Positions 32,701 to 38,642 of a stretch of 63,432 nt of DNA are shown here, piece by piece. Source of the stretch: a bacterium (lineage in GTDB: Bacteria; Patescibacteriota; Gracilibacteria; UBA1369; PNNO01); the NCBI GenBank assembly GCA_021158225.1, contig JAGGUZ010000015.1, positions 1 through 63,432 of the forward strand, written 5' to 3'. How positions within the stretch are numbered: the stretch's first letter is position 1; each line of letters begins with the position of its first letter. A model generated the notes under the pieces. The model did no database searches. It was not told the origin of the DNA and saw only the letters and a list, made by a program, of their open reading frames with translations. Both the position numbers and the translations under genes were made by a program.

Positions 32701-32825
32701 ATAGGAGGTGTTTGCGTTTGGGCAAATATAACAGGCGCGGTTAGAATTTGACCACCGAGTATAACCGAAATAAGTATTCCGGAGATAAGTTTTTGCAGTT
32801 TTATTTTAAGCTTTATTTTTTGCAT
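17724..32825 (-). CDS. Giant exported surface protein (5033 aa): SLH domains, Ca-binding TSP3-like repeats, Ig-like domains, FG-GAP/VCBS repeats, DUF11-like, FecR-like and PKD-like regions
   Basis: Signal peptide; many DxDxDG(L/M)xDxxE...GTDP repeats. Two SLH clusters (ITREEFV, ISRAEATKVIL, ISRAEAVKIVL). FG-GAP-like ADYNNDGLKDIV, ADFNNDGYDDLL, ADVNNDNYPDII. DUF11-like GDKVTYTITLTN...ISDVLP; PKD-like LDASSSFDTEGNITEY. Confidence 0.92.
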   Translation of the reverse strand: MQKIKLKIKLQKLISGILISVILGGQILTAPVIFAQTQTPPIKNDPVKVTSIIAILVDESLINDNNPYEGLKTKYPADLPEQTLRERIYRFAKDTQLSDPFTRSVIIKVNKSQRPNKIAEALETLYFKGDKSINGKSRLDGIIIIGDVPLPVVSKNGFKFTSILPYIDFIHPVYVYNKATSNFEYNSDSLNPKIEAWHGVIKAPTEDLDTPESYAYYFDKNHLFHTGNSDFTIHDKKLLYADLIWEQEMYDKTLGKRYENHTKFLEDLAYKRFSKELLKKIIGTPSPEGDGIDDDMDGHIDEDLQDGIDNDGDGFIDEDGGKNLESLVNTDMFKGLPDAYSRNIVLSYTTKFNELYKNYLQKANDLIRGTGRYDSYDSIVSLIATKDLHTQEYLRMVNDAIERKIDAIVAPLQGTIPIINSVKLSGQVTFDDNSTANLTSWDFVNNNVKSYNDPNLGTYNTVYYYGKPATTLDSAQECTIFRGDSELNRLYDFDTKDDQANADKYGYCYSGNMITTDGDKIGTPDRCFPDIASKWIYDENGSMAKKDISKYALGIGGCYDFREKSRFNNYLAEVANYILALNSTNTEEQKAAIPLPGPKYRPNEDILLLANPSISFKDIFDIYGGFDGVDNDNDGEIDEPDEYNLNYKINSDDPYEIGLKILGNRKNHFIIQKPPFSNIKKIDLYITKTPTVFNQGINSLEFHKEPTPETIRHQLKKGTIDTLPIDDPRYVSFVDTNGVYHKIIYPNIFEAKDADDYEKKLKDMEDELINLPGANASNITGKLTGTIQSDETKYLNQVLDKTTHKMVDDTVWWKNASIDKKHLYVFKTYLDKQKDAYTGETKNGYEYFYFTADGTADKINFSVDKNPDVKDNDPDWLNPKGNLEGEEKEDSGSKAESEAIILPAWIAYLVKYLGDLAKLPKGLSFQPACSDGNNDIASFIEGLSEDDIKKALSDSDGNGIPDGAENTVNLSIKFQDDTNMILTGSIKPYEIIVSAMDDANKQNYFDSYTQVYFVISDSDSPKAEIYGSDHINLINGKAVFKINATDISGDFTVRAVSVNTQNNITSNILHLTSEAKKIKVLTYENQVFKAPTYDEEILQNYSVKDDQGNSIAEIDSQTGKITIKDTNYEVEVFESTASKPMRIAIVKIKSGDELASVSILPEKEESVVLEDSNVNLESVLSTLQGVHVQDVNSQDNITTYQDNANVYIVDNRGEYSKKIAKITDKGNVYLGDEFFLNVANQDKPNEPYLFVIEDATGHDIAKVAIGYRLGTIETHENLLGKILRSIKTAYAQSTQKDDTDKDSLTDIQEMILGTDRLNKDTDGDKFNDGEEIKYGYDPLKKDLRLFSDLDPQDPSYSAFTNLILRGIIKKAPDNSVHPNDNITREEFVQMVLGITCTNCSMFSDKTKESVDNLYNQNPFPDTNISDNYKYCVKEAKNSGVVSGYKGGTDTGYFKPEYFISRAEATKVILNAANINSDKYEDNGKPWYYKYVMTAKEKDIYPKQIPTKDFDKWIQAPITRAEFAMMVDKAMQTFDCYAMDNDSDGLPNNFEIYQYNTSPDSLDTDGGGMDDLSEIIRGKNPLDPSDDALVDDDEDGMTNEWEEKYGLDPYNPDDAKFDNDKDGLINSEEFKNKTDPLNPDTDSGGINDGDEVLLQATDPLSSNDDYIDNNLTAGINAFGNIVQDIAYRTITEGDNSQVENYIDNLPADGESKLFLVAEELDENGNIETDDSSSTIEFIIKDPSSTTIDIDQKLVKVDKGIALTQITSTHKAGLVNITARRVESPLPADIHQVFVEPLEPVQISVNPKSSVIKTDGLSKTPVEISLMDRYKNLVNNDFYEITVWTDGPGELDTSTDTQPDEDGIQLQSFEGLFNVDLYSTEEPGDITVHAKVDDIYNFNTVKSLPDIHLVLSANKEGLQENGEDLITITATAEDSNGETIEGFNQPITFSQSNDNVGNFVGEKSLNLENGSASIEFVSALQTGQLEISATVPGITPGILDIKTLANKPVTIKLNSAQKKFDASTQDPVEITARLYDKYGNFADNADETEIKFKITEATSNYAKIEGTDTINTEDGQAKAYILGNGNSGPVHITASSDNLVTGTLEIQATEIATGEDLIGDYPDVLYGTMLGGPYGDTTKNKYLAGELLFKGNVQAVTSMTVPAKINDPLTVITPYGGIDVTNEDQIKTTFIPSNQSGLPNRILVSTSDTQEDIAKIYYQYPSDLPIKILKNTNVLGNGIYIIPKTDDDNFDFKQTNNKTSITLNGIEVLSVHNNGDVDLTNNSFDISVAQTPGPFLVLNVTYLDSDIAKIIFAVNIQNDTTITNNDFKYQPELQYENGIYIKQLKPFSDYKVDSYITTSSTNDPKGALISTSLNQISSDKSPGFSYTSLEDIYDKQGVGFDGDNKHSLFFAAGNSVGESNIPYVSDAEITLGDPTVRLDNKQLASGSGFTKDIGKPLYSSNDTIKELMLADYNNDGLKDIVLAFEDGQVRLLEHQLSAQPYEDKGKLLDLANGIYSGAAADFNNDGYDDLLFSTKESCIGEEACIYIFENNNGVLNRVNVPLDVHDKISTIKIADVNNDNYPDIITAEFSGDIKVFYNENGQINPEGQLLGNVGLNIDMNKDLKEEVLINYAGMPTEIPYDPSDNTTLDDDFNFKTLKLNIGDPSTNPDVDSSLQNKLIGMGAKSEDFLTPVDVPFIFADADPIFGTSDSSKHAVDINGSSVALGDKVTYTITLTNTSTTDIDNIMISDVLPDSLELDKDSMKCLQCENNIQLIDTGLTLRPYVISGMSIPAGKSRIITYNASVISVPEIDLDLNKNYDTPFIKDEYPDIAVRPKENNSGKQLFFYSVSKDPDTGKITYGEYIADPVPPDSPPSPFDDTDSNNNGIPDQLEDIAKSQNEGDDDNDGIPNGWDDVNGSLDDIENIISNTIDKYICKGGAGCIPMPTNKAFLAPGKINNMGIVVGTDAGTPVFVFGPVGIFLSPTLTGSLGNSVCVAGACWSTVVPMLPPDTCNAIAGAVNSVIAKAGNVVSSINSATMLVGGGGGSSGSLSVSGRSDSGGLNGSSVLGKYQVSGSGKTNSRVPGFVNIIAGWFAKQLDEVVTKLADLPDLYVLYPDPNAFVSGVPPKAKFKNLFDVLTYINKLPIVEIEARPITFKIPSLSQAEIAKMQTKLKNWVANAKREVKKYKLKLPCNLNKLKNKSDSEILKQQTCVKLYANIDETIKSVEKNIQILEEYKKLPIKILEWREIETKYLLQVICYIDTIINYMGGYFKKQVQRIKGWTDLIKQIKKILQIWEEINKIMEQYMKGCDSCSSDRYSLFQNLITLITGVIPEIPIIPFPKLPDFYFDFSKVQLGYKIIWPDVTFKTESIILPDIPPLKLPDLPDLPEINIGVETGINLPKIPMLPELPNLPELPDLPPIPMPQLPDIPKPPKIPPIADSIKAVLSVIAKIIKLICMLKKAILPISQDNLKTHIEALSARPLSTVFPMDMSFKFQTPSISYPFVEKIKVTSKVDFRVETEKMYDIVNKIAEVWNSIVTDITNLPQKLPTPNLDKIESTVENGVVKGINKTADAITYNLANEYLNAIAKLQNIAKEQEEYIKTIPDSYNLIAKQTYISPENIKNRTINDIENSIMQEDFPNLMKNNKLIGLRSALIAYVKNQNSNKDINNIYKTSPLKHYLAKAEFASNTPYIPSPNRKLLAVNTNAISSDIVDEDTATGANTTPAIKGLYVYNADKGVNERILMYEGESSLENHAIITDIDEDTDEDIIYSYGGNVYLKENFKQPKNSKYTKRNTTAPSVYNLSEFIPKSPSVHGFGTNYDSGTSTDFSWNETNSGIIGGYEIVYKDSLNNIGKNTYTPSHKIEVLENANTQTTIGRVNNDIEITAVNGSFTVNGENTLYYGFGDSIETSSDPATQITITFSDSSQLILGPNSSISLPKYEPGNFEIIINEGTAEFKSNFFTNLFLQEGSKVVNENGKVKLEYKNGDLISLDTNSYFFASNNDKGLGYLENLNGDGTINTTPRQVISPGTRKTQIKKGDVIHMMEDSIIVITPPDKNKQTLALSKNVLMPISENYFDDLTLQVASGKVEIFDPKSEEKTEEKLEEGMLVNFGDYIEMTSGYTSVKFMNGAQTYLGPQDTLLMKELIDPNNPFVSLDTDEGNYYAQIYTFDENGNRSNPSETELLAPQLCSDKQPPYAQAGPSEKTVILYQTLRLDASSSFDTEGNITEYYLDNDPETDSNNDGEPMNDRDITNSDKTNPIFELGPFEEIGKKIVVLNAIDESLNDGKQVITINIVIPTITLDEASSHEKTITGSINPPAKDIPIALIREREGLSKQLITDEADKNGMYSTDKEGLFKVKNLKFEDTLILKNSDGDTVAEIDDKTGRITIIDNRYYVDVLEAVPPTMPTRLVVKEKSTETILLTILLIPDQNTDVVIDNQDTEYTTDSVVSFEGVHIKDKDTNDQFTIDNLPASDPNFTGASEIKDSSVDKRIAIVDAGGNIYFFVDNLDLQLKPSQENDPLVIEILYDGKVIAQTYIAINNGNSATITDRDALGLPPEANTMSDQDNDGMPDYFEFMYGFNARNPGDALKDSDKDGLSNLEEYRLKTNPLNNDSDGDGFTDSQEIAFGKDPTKKATSPFNDVNKDDPYYNSIINLSQKNILRGEFKDGVINFNPNGFISRKDFTDIILKMLCIIPRPESYKEPSLFSDIKYSKEDYYYSIIKEAVYQGFISGYIGEIDRATGLLPFKPDTSISRAEAVKIVLEALEKQKIISLRGITKTDDDPWYAPYIAVAQDLSPVLLKKSAVNKTYILTPEEAGNPNVKITRAEFVAIADRVLKAFDCYLIDDDNDGMPSVWELKNGLDPFAPSDATKDPDHEGLINIDEYRFGTNPFDPDTDHGGTNDKDEVEHGTNPVNFPADDPFDDDNDGLTTKDEIEIYKTDPYDPDTDNGGIMDGLEVSRGTDPLNQSDDLSNIDKDPRSGLGEGVYIVTPTCNSCPCISALDHKADLIPGDDFFAVIGTKDLSTIFAKSNQLKYEE

Positions 32826-32829
32826 GCAG

Positions 32830-32857
32830 TCCTTTTATTTGTCTATATATTTTAGCA
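32830..32857 (-). promoter_or_regulatory. Extended -10 element and SD-like site of the giant-protein operon
   Basis: Minus strand TGCTAAAAT (32857-32849) and AAGGA (32834-32830) just before the ATG. Confidence 0.45.
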
Positions 32858-32985
32858 CAAATAAGCCAAAAAAGACAGATCAAGAGTCCGTATATATAAA
32901 ATAATATATTGCCAAATTTAGCAAATATTTAATGGCTTTTTATGGCGCAAATTAATCAATTCCGTTTTAGATATAATTTTTTACA

Positions 32986-33029
32986 TAAAAAAGTGGATTC
33001 TTCGTTCATGCAAGCGAAGAATCCACTTT
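32986..33029 (-). terminator. Intrinsic terminator after the pilin gene
   Basis: Perfect 15-bp inverted repeat AAAGTGGATTCTTCG / CGAAGAATCCACTTT, followed by a U-tract on the minus strand. Confidence 0.85.
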
Positions 33030-33043
33030 AATAAATCTACGAA

Positions 33044-33568
33044 TTATTGAACAAGAATATAATAATCATTACCACTACCCGGATCTGGAGTTGTTGTGGC
33101 GCTTACATCCTTAGGGTTTACTTTAGTATTGTTATTGCCTGCTATTTCCATAACGGTTCCTATAACATATTCAGCGCTATCTACCGATCCTATATATTTA
33201 TAGTAATATTCTCCGTTCTTTACACAATCTCCCGGATCGGTTAATCCGGTTGCTATAGTTCGGCCGGCTCCCGATGGGTCTTTAGGAGCAATTCCACCGG
33301 AAAAATACGCTGTAAGTCCTGTATCAAATATTTTTCCTGTTCCGATGCATGTGCCATTTTTAGCATCAGTGCTGTTTGGATAATGTCCGTTATCGGAATT
33401 ATAAGCTTCCAATGCAGCTACAATTGAATTGATGTTTCCAAGTCTTGCGGCATCTCGACCACGCGCCGGTGCGTTAAGAATTGATGGCAGAAGTGCCGCA
33501 GAAAGCACACCGATGATTGCAATTACAATAAGTAATTCAATCAGAGTGAAACCTTTTTTGTTTCTCAT
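33044..33568 (-). CDS. Type IV pilin / GspG-like pseudopilin
   Basis: Class III signal MRNKKG|FTLIELLIVIAIIGVL with Glu at +5; ARGRDAAR, YNSDNGHYP, PKDPSG; two Cys. Confidence 0.93.
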   Translation of the reverse strand: MRNKKGFTLIELLIVIAIIGVLSAALLPSILNAPARGRDAARLGNINSIVAALEAYNSDNGHYPNSTDAKNGTCIGTGKIFDTGLTAYFSGGIAPKDPSGAGRTIATGLTDPGDCVKNGEYYYKYIGSVDSAEYVIGTVMEIAGNNNTKVNPKDVSATTTPDPGSGNDYYILVQ

Positions 33569-33644
33569 GTGGAAAAGAGTTAAGAGATTAGATAATATTA
33601 ACCATTTATTAATTATACACTAAACATAACGAATATACCAGTTT

Positions 33645-34901
33645 TTACATATTACTGGCTACATCTGCCAATGACATTATAGGTAGCATAATAGCTGCTA
33701 CAAGTCCTCCTACGGCAAGTCCGACAAATACCATAATGATTGGTTCAATTATTTTTGTAAGACCTTTTACGGATTCATCAACTTGTTCATCATAAAAATC
33801 CGAAACTCGTTTACTAATGGTTTCTAATTGCGCTGTTTCCTCTCCGATTGCAATCATGTTTACGAACATAATAGGAAAGTAACTACTGTTTCTAAGTGTT
33901 TCTGCTAAAGGAATACCTCCTCTTATATCATCTCCGGCGAGTTTGATTTTTCGTTTGTATACCTCGTTATTCATTGCATTTGAAATAATGTTGAGGGACT
34001 GATTAATTGTTACCCCGGATCCCAGCAAATTTCCAAGAGTTCTTGCAAATTGAGCGAGTGTGGATTTCCGTATCAGCCCGCCGAAAATAGGTAAATGCAA
34101 AAGAAAAATATGCCATTGATATCGTCCATTTTTTGTTCGTTTCCAAAGAGTAAAGACTATTCCGAAAATTACGATTGCTCCAATAATTATATATGATTTT
34201 TCTCTCATAAAATTGCTCATTACTATAACAACCTTTGTTATTGTGGGCAACTTTGTCCCGGTTTGAATGAATAATTTGGTGATATTCGGAATAACCATTG
34301 TCATCATCAAAAACATAACCAAGAATAAAATTGCCAAAACAACTGTTGGATAAGTAAGAGCTCCTTTTACTTTAGATAAAGTTTGAGCGTTTTTCTCCGT
34401 TTGTTTGGCTAAATCTCGTAAAATATTGTTCAAATGTCCGGAAACTTCACCACTACGTATCATTCCTATTTCCGATTCGTTGAACACTTTTGGATGTTGT
34501 TCCATTGAACCGGATAAACTTTCCCCTTCTTCTATTTTTAGTGCCATATCCAATATAATCTTTGAAAATTTCGGATTTTTCTTATTTTGTTCGGATAGTG
34601 TTTGAAGTGACTTAATAATTGGGATTCCGGCATCTACCATTACCGCAAGAAGCCTAAAAAAAACGGCTTTCTCTTGCGTTTTAACTTTGTTTATGCTAAT
34701 AATCGCATTGTTCAGTTTTGCATATGTGTCAAAGAGAAAATTACCCGTATTTACAGTATTAGCTCCTTTTCTTAATTTAACTTTTTTTAAACTCTGTCCT
34801 ATGGATAGGACAATTCTTTCATCTTTGGAAAGTTTCGATTTTCCCTTTAGCTGAAAGGTTTCTCCAGTATCTTGTTGTGCAAAATCTTTAGCTTGTTTCA
34901 T
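33645..34901 (-). CDS. pilC: Type IV pilus / T2SS platform protein (PilC/GspF)
   Basis: FFRLLAVMVDAGIPI, GEVSGHL, ALTYP, IGEETAQL, IIEPIIMVFVG; two T2SSF repeats. Confidence 0.93.
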   Translation of the reverse strand: MKQAKDFAQQDTGETFQLKGKSKLSKDERIVLSIGQSLKKVKLRKGANTVNTGNFLFDTYAKLNNAIISINKVKTQEKAVFFRLLAVMVDAGIPIIKSLQTLSEQNKKNPKFSKIILDMALKIEEGESLSGSMEQHPKVFNESEIGMIRSGEVSGHLNNILRDLAKQTEKNAQTLSKVKGALTYPTVVLAILFLVMFLMMTMVIPNITKLFIQTGTKLPTITKVVIVMSNFMREKSYIIIGAIVIFGIVFTLWKRTKNGRYQWHIFLLHLPIFGGLIRKSTLAQFARTLGNLLGSGVTINQSLNIISNAMNNEVYKRKIKLAGDDIRGGIPLAETLRNSSYFPIMFVNMIAIGEETAQLETISKRVSDFYDEQVDESVKGLTKIIEPIIMVFVGLAVGGLVAAIMLPIMSLADVASNM

Positions 34902-34915
34902 AAAATATTAAAAAA

Positions 34916-36163
34916 TTAATCTTCCATTTTTCTTGACACTCTATATACCTCTTCTATTGTCGTAGTTCCTTTAAGAGCTTGAATAATACCTGCTTGTTCA
35001 AGTGTTACCATTCCTGATTGCATGGCTATATCTTCAATTTCAAGCGTATCGGCTCGTCTTAGAATAGCTTTACGCAGTTTATTATTCATTTTCATCACTT
35101 CATAAAGTCCTACTCTTCCTTTATAGCCCGTATTGTCGCATTGATCGCATCCTTTCCCTTTATAAAATTTCATGCCTTCTATGAGTGCAGGGTCTATATC
35201 TTCTCCGGGATGAATTTTTTTTGCTACGGTTTTTATATGTTCAACAAGTTCCGGATCAACATGGTCTTCAACTTTACAGTGTTCACATATTCTGCGTACC
35301 AAACGTTGAGCAATAACGCATTCGATTGTGGAAGCCATTAAGAATGGTTGTACGCCCATATTATCTATACGTGTAAGTGTCTCAACGGCACTGTTTGTGT
35401 GAATGGTTGAAAGTACAAGATGTCCTGTAAGCGAAGCTTCAATGGCAGTATCAACGGTTTCTTTATCACGAATCTCACCTACCATTATAATGTCTGGATC
35501 TTGACGAAGACCGGTACGCATACCGAATGCGAAAGTATAATTGATATCCGGATGTACCTGACTTTGATTTAATCCATCTACTTGAATTTCAACGGGATCT
35601 TCAATTGTCATTATATTTACATCTATTTTATTCAAACGATTAAGACATGAGTAAAGAGTTGTTGTTTTCCCGGAACCGGTAGGTCCTGTGTTTAAAATAA
35701 TTCCGTTTGGAGCTTTAATTGCGGATTCAATTGCTTTAAGACTGTTGCCTTCAAGTCCGAGTGCGGGTAAATCAGGGATTTTTCTTGATTTATCTTGAAT
35801 ACGCATTACAATCTTTTCCCCGTTTACTGTTGGCAGAGTGGAAATACGAAGATCCATTTCTCTGCCGTCTCTTGTTGTTACCGTGCTTCTTCCATCTTGG
35901 GGGATGCGTTGTTCGTCAATCTTTAAATTCGACATAATTTTAATTCTTGAAACAACCGCTGGATGAATATTGGTTGGGTATTCAACAATCTTTCGACATA
36001 CGCCGTCAATTCTGTATCTTATGCGTACTGTATTTTCCAGTGGCTCTATATGAATATCACTGGAGCGCAAATCAAGTGCATAGCTAATTGTGTTAAGCAC
36101 TAATTGCGGAATATTTCCTCCTAAGATCGCATTTTGTAATAATTGTAATTTTTCTGCCGGCAT
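34916..36163 (-). CDS. pilB: Type IV pilus / T2SS assembly ATPase (PilB/GspE), short form
   Basis: SDIHIEP, RIPQDGR, Walker A GPTGSGKTT, TIEDPVE, LRQDPDIIMVGEIRD, TGHLVLSTIHTN, tetracysteine CEHC...CDQC. Confidence 0.95.
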   Translation of the reverse strand: MPAEKLQLLQNAILGGNIPQLVLNTISYALDLRSSDIHIEPLENTVRIRYRIDGVCRKIVEYPTNIHPAVVSRIKIMSNLKIDEQRIPQDGRSTVTTRDGREMDLRISTLPTVNGEKIVMRIQDKSRKIPDLPALGLEGNSLKAIESAIKAPNGIILNTGPTGSGKTTTLYSCLNRLNKIDVNIMTIEDPVEIQVDGLNQSQVHPDINYTFAFGMRTGLRQDPDIIMVGEIRDKETVDTAIEASLTGHLVLSTIHTNSAVETLTRIDNMGVQPFLMASTIECVIAQRLVRRICEHCKVEDHVDPELVEHIKTVAKKIHPGEDIDPALIEGMKFYKGKGCDQCDNTGYKGRVGLYEVMKMNNKLRKAILRRADTLEIEDIAMQSGMVTLEQAGIIQALKGTTTIEEVYRVSRKMED

Positions 36164-36179
36164 AAATTTATAAAGTTGA

Positions 36180-36815
36180 TTAACTTTTGATCTTAAAATA
36201 TGAATTCATTGCAACATTAAAATTTATCTCGTCTTTTCCGCTTGTGTTTTTTTGCGTTCCTTCAGGCGCTACAAAATTTATAACAATGGATTTAATATTT
36301 AAAAGTCTTGTTTTGTCGGTTAAAGTTCCGCTGTTTTCTATGTATTCCAAAAATTTTATAAAATTATCGTGTGAACTGTGAATTGTCATTGTAAATGGCA
36401 AAATCATTAAACTTTCATCTTCAGATTTAACTGGCTTTAAATACTGAAGATTACTGATTATAAAAGGATCTTTTGTTCTGTTTAAGTTGTTGGAAAATGA
36501 TTCTAAAGTTCTTGTTAAAAGTGTGTGTTTCTCTGTTTCCGGGAAAACATAATCGACTTCATCGGCAATTGCTTTCATAAGATCTTCATTTTCGGTTTTG
36601 GTTTTATTTACTTCATCATCAAGGCGTTTATCTGTTGTTGTAAGTGCGCCGTGCAGATTTTTAAGGGATGCAGTTTCATTTTTTATCTCTATGTAAGTTG
36701 TAATATTCGTGTATAAGTAATATGCAAGAAAAACTGCAACGATTATTGCAAGTCCGCTAAATATTTTTAATTGGAGTCCTTTATTGTTTTTTATCGATTT
36801 TTTTCCTTTTTTCAT
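36180..36815 (-). CDS. PilO-like pilus alignment protein
   Basis: N-terminal TM, coiled coil, then LPFTMTIHSSHDNFIKFLEYIEN...RLLNIKSI; sits directly upstream of pilB. Confidence 0.65.
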   Translation of the reverse strand: MKKGKKSIKNNKGLQLKIFSGLAIIVAVFLAYYLYTNITTYIEIKNETASLKNLHGALTTTDKRLDDEVNKTKTENEDLMKAIADEVDYVFPETEKHTLLTRTLESFSNNLNRTKDPFIISNLQYLKPVKSEDESLMILPFTMTIHSSHDNFIKFLEYIENSGTLTDKTRLLNIKSIVINFVAPEGTQKNTSGKDEINFNVAMNSYFKIKS

Positions 36816-36823
36816 GGTTGTTT

Positions 36824-38026
36824 TTAAGTTATGGCATAGTTGTCTTCAAGCGAAAGCTCTATGCGGAAAGGGGAAGTGTAACCTGTTTTTTCCGATCCCG
36901 ATTTTGGATAAGTTCGATTGTCAACATCTTTAAATAAGGAAGAATCTTCCAGTGCATCTATTAAATTCACGATTAAAGTAAAAGTGGTTCCATCATCGCG
37001 TTTTGCGTGACCTGTAAGGATAATTCTGTTTGTCTCGGCATCAAAATCAAAATTTGAATACTTAATTCCTCCGAGTTCATCAAAGAATCCAGTATTATAC
37101 AATGTATCAATATTTTTTGTTACCCGTTCGATTTCTTTAATTATGATCGACCATTGAATTCTTTTTAATTTCAGGTCGCTTATCACACTGAAATCATTTT
37201 TTAGATTAGCAAGAACAGTCTGTGTAAGAGCAAAAAGCTTTGTGTCGTCTCGAGGGAGATCATTCTTTATATCGCTGGTGTTATATTGAAAAATTGTTCC
37301 AAGTTTGTTGTTTTCTATAAGATGCAAAGCGGTTGTGTAGTTTTTTATTTCAGCATTTACAGAAGGACTTCTTGTCTCTTTTTTAAGTTGATTGATTTCA
37401 TTTCTAAATACATTTTTTAGTTGTACTTTAAAAGTATTTTCGGGTATAGTTCCGGCTACAATAGGTTCTTTCCATTTTGTTAAAGCATTCTCATATGTAA
37501 GTATGATGTCATCTTGAACAGTTTTTTTGGTTTTCAAATTTGATGTGGATTTTCGTATCTTTGCATATCCATCTGACAAATAACTTAGTTTCTGCAGATA
37601 GTAGCTCATCAGCAAATAATTTTTTTGATTGATTGATGTTTGAGTCGTAATGACTGAATTTTTAATATTATTGAGTTGTTGTATGGTATTTGGGCCTCTT
37701 ACACTTGAGAGTAGGTCAAATTTCGGATTAAGTTCCGAATAGAAAAAGGTAACTGCCAAAAGTAAAGCTCCAACAAGCGATCCAAGGACTATTTTTACTA
37801 TCTTTAGATTTCTTGCTCTTGGATCAAATGAGCCAATGAGGTTCTTTTCAAGTTCCGGCACCGAACCGAGTATGTTTTCTTTACTTGATTTGTCTTCTTT
37901 TGCAAACACACCCGAGAGGACTTTACTATCATCATCCTCTTTTTTTTTGTCCTGCTTATCGAAAATATTAGTATATAAATTTTCTTCTTTTTTTGCAGGT
38001 TTTTTCTTGATATCAAAAAGTGGCAT
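36824..38026 (-). CDS. PilN-like membrane-anchored protein with a long helical insert
   Basis: Single TM; WSIIIKEIE...IILTGHA...LIDALEDSSLFKDV...FRIELSL resembles the PilN C-terminal domain; synteny with the pilO-like gene and pilB. Confidence 0.55.
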   Translation of the reverse strand: MPLFDIKKKPAKKEENLYTNIFDKQDKKKEDDDSKVLSGVFAKEDKSSKENILGSVPELEKNLIGSFDPRARNLKIVKIVLGSLVGALLLAVTFFYSELNPKFDLLSSVRGPNTIQQLNNIKNSVITTQTSINQKNYLLMSYYLQKLSYLSDGYAKIRKSTSNLKTKKTVQDDIILTYENALTKWKEPIVAGTIPENTFKVQLKNVFRNEINQLKKETRSPSVNAEIKNYTTALHLIENNKLGTIFQYNTSDIKNDLPRDDTKLFALTQTVLANLKNDFSVISDLKLKRIQWSIIIKEIERVTKNIDTLYNTGFFDELGGIKYSNFDFDAETNRIILTGHAKRDDGTTFTLIVNLIDALEDSSLFKDVDNRTYPKSGSEKTGYTSPFRIELSLEDNYAIT

Positions 38027-38139
38027 TTGTTTTGTTTTTTATTTTGCTTTTTTTATTTCCTTTAATTTTATCAAAAATTGTGTGAAAAGTCAAAGATATA
38101 GGGGAAAAAATAGAGTGTTCGTTTAAGTTTGTTTTGCAT

Positions 38140-38182
38140 AAAAAAAGACTACTCATATAAAAAATCTTATGGGTAGTCTTTT
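38140..38182 (-). terminator. Intrinsic terminator of rplJL
   Basis: AAAAGACTACTCATA / TATGGGTAGTCTTTT inverted repeat just after the rplL stop. Confidence 0.75.
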
Positions 38183-38190
38183 AAAAACGT

Positions 38191-38601
38191 TTACTTAAAT
38201 TCTACAGTTGCACCAGCTTCTTCAAGTTTTTTCTTAAGTTCTTCAGCTTCTGCTTTATCGCAATTTTCTTTGACAGGTTTTGGGGCTCCATCAACAAGGT
38301 CTTTTGATTCTTTAAGTCCAAGTCCTGTGATTTCACGTACAGCTTTAATAACAGCTATTTTTTGTCCACCTGCAGCAGTAAGTACAACGGAAACATTTGT
38401 GTTTTCTTCTTTTTCTTCTTCTTTACCTGCGGAAGTACCTCCTCCGGCCATCATTACAGGAGCTGCAGCAGATACACCGAATTTATCTTCCATTGCCTTT
38501 ACAAGGTTTGCAAGATCAAGTACAGAAAGTTTCTCAACCATGTCGAGAATTTTTTCTGCATCTTTGCTCAATTTAACTTCCTCTTTGGTTTCTTCAGCCA
38601 T
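38191..38601 (-). CDS. rplL: 50S ribosomal protein L7/L12
   Basis: [48 protein letters not shown]. Confidence 0.99.
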   Translation of the reverse strand: MAEETKEEVKLSKDAEKILDMVEKLSVLDLANLVKAMEDKFGVSAAAPVMMAGGGTSAGKEEEKEENTNVSVVLTAAGGQKIAVIKAVREITGLGLKESKDLVDGAPKPVKENCDKAEAEELKKKLEEAGATVEFK

Positions 38602-38642
38602 TTTAAATTTTGTTAAGGATAAGAGTAAGTATATTAAATGTA

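Noticed and set aside
17724..32825. RHS, RTX or CdiA-type polymorphic toxin, or an intein, in the giant gene
   Set aside because: No YD repeats, GGxGxD nonapeptides, VENN/Hint motifs or toxin-immunity arrangement. The downstream genes encode exported proteins rather than cytoplasmic immunity proteins.
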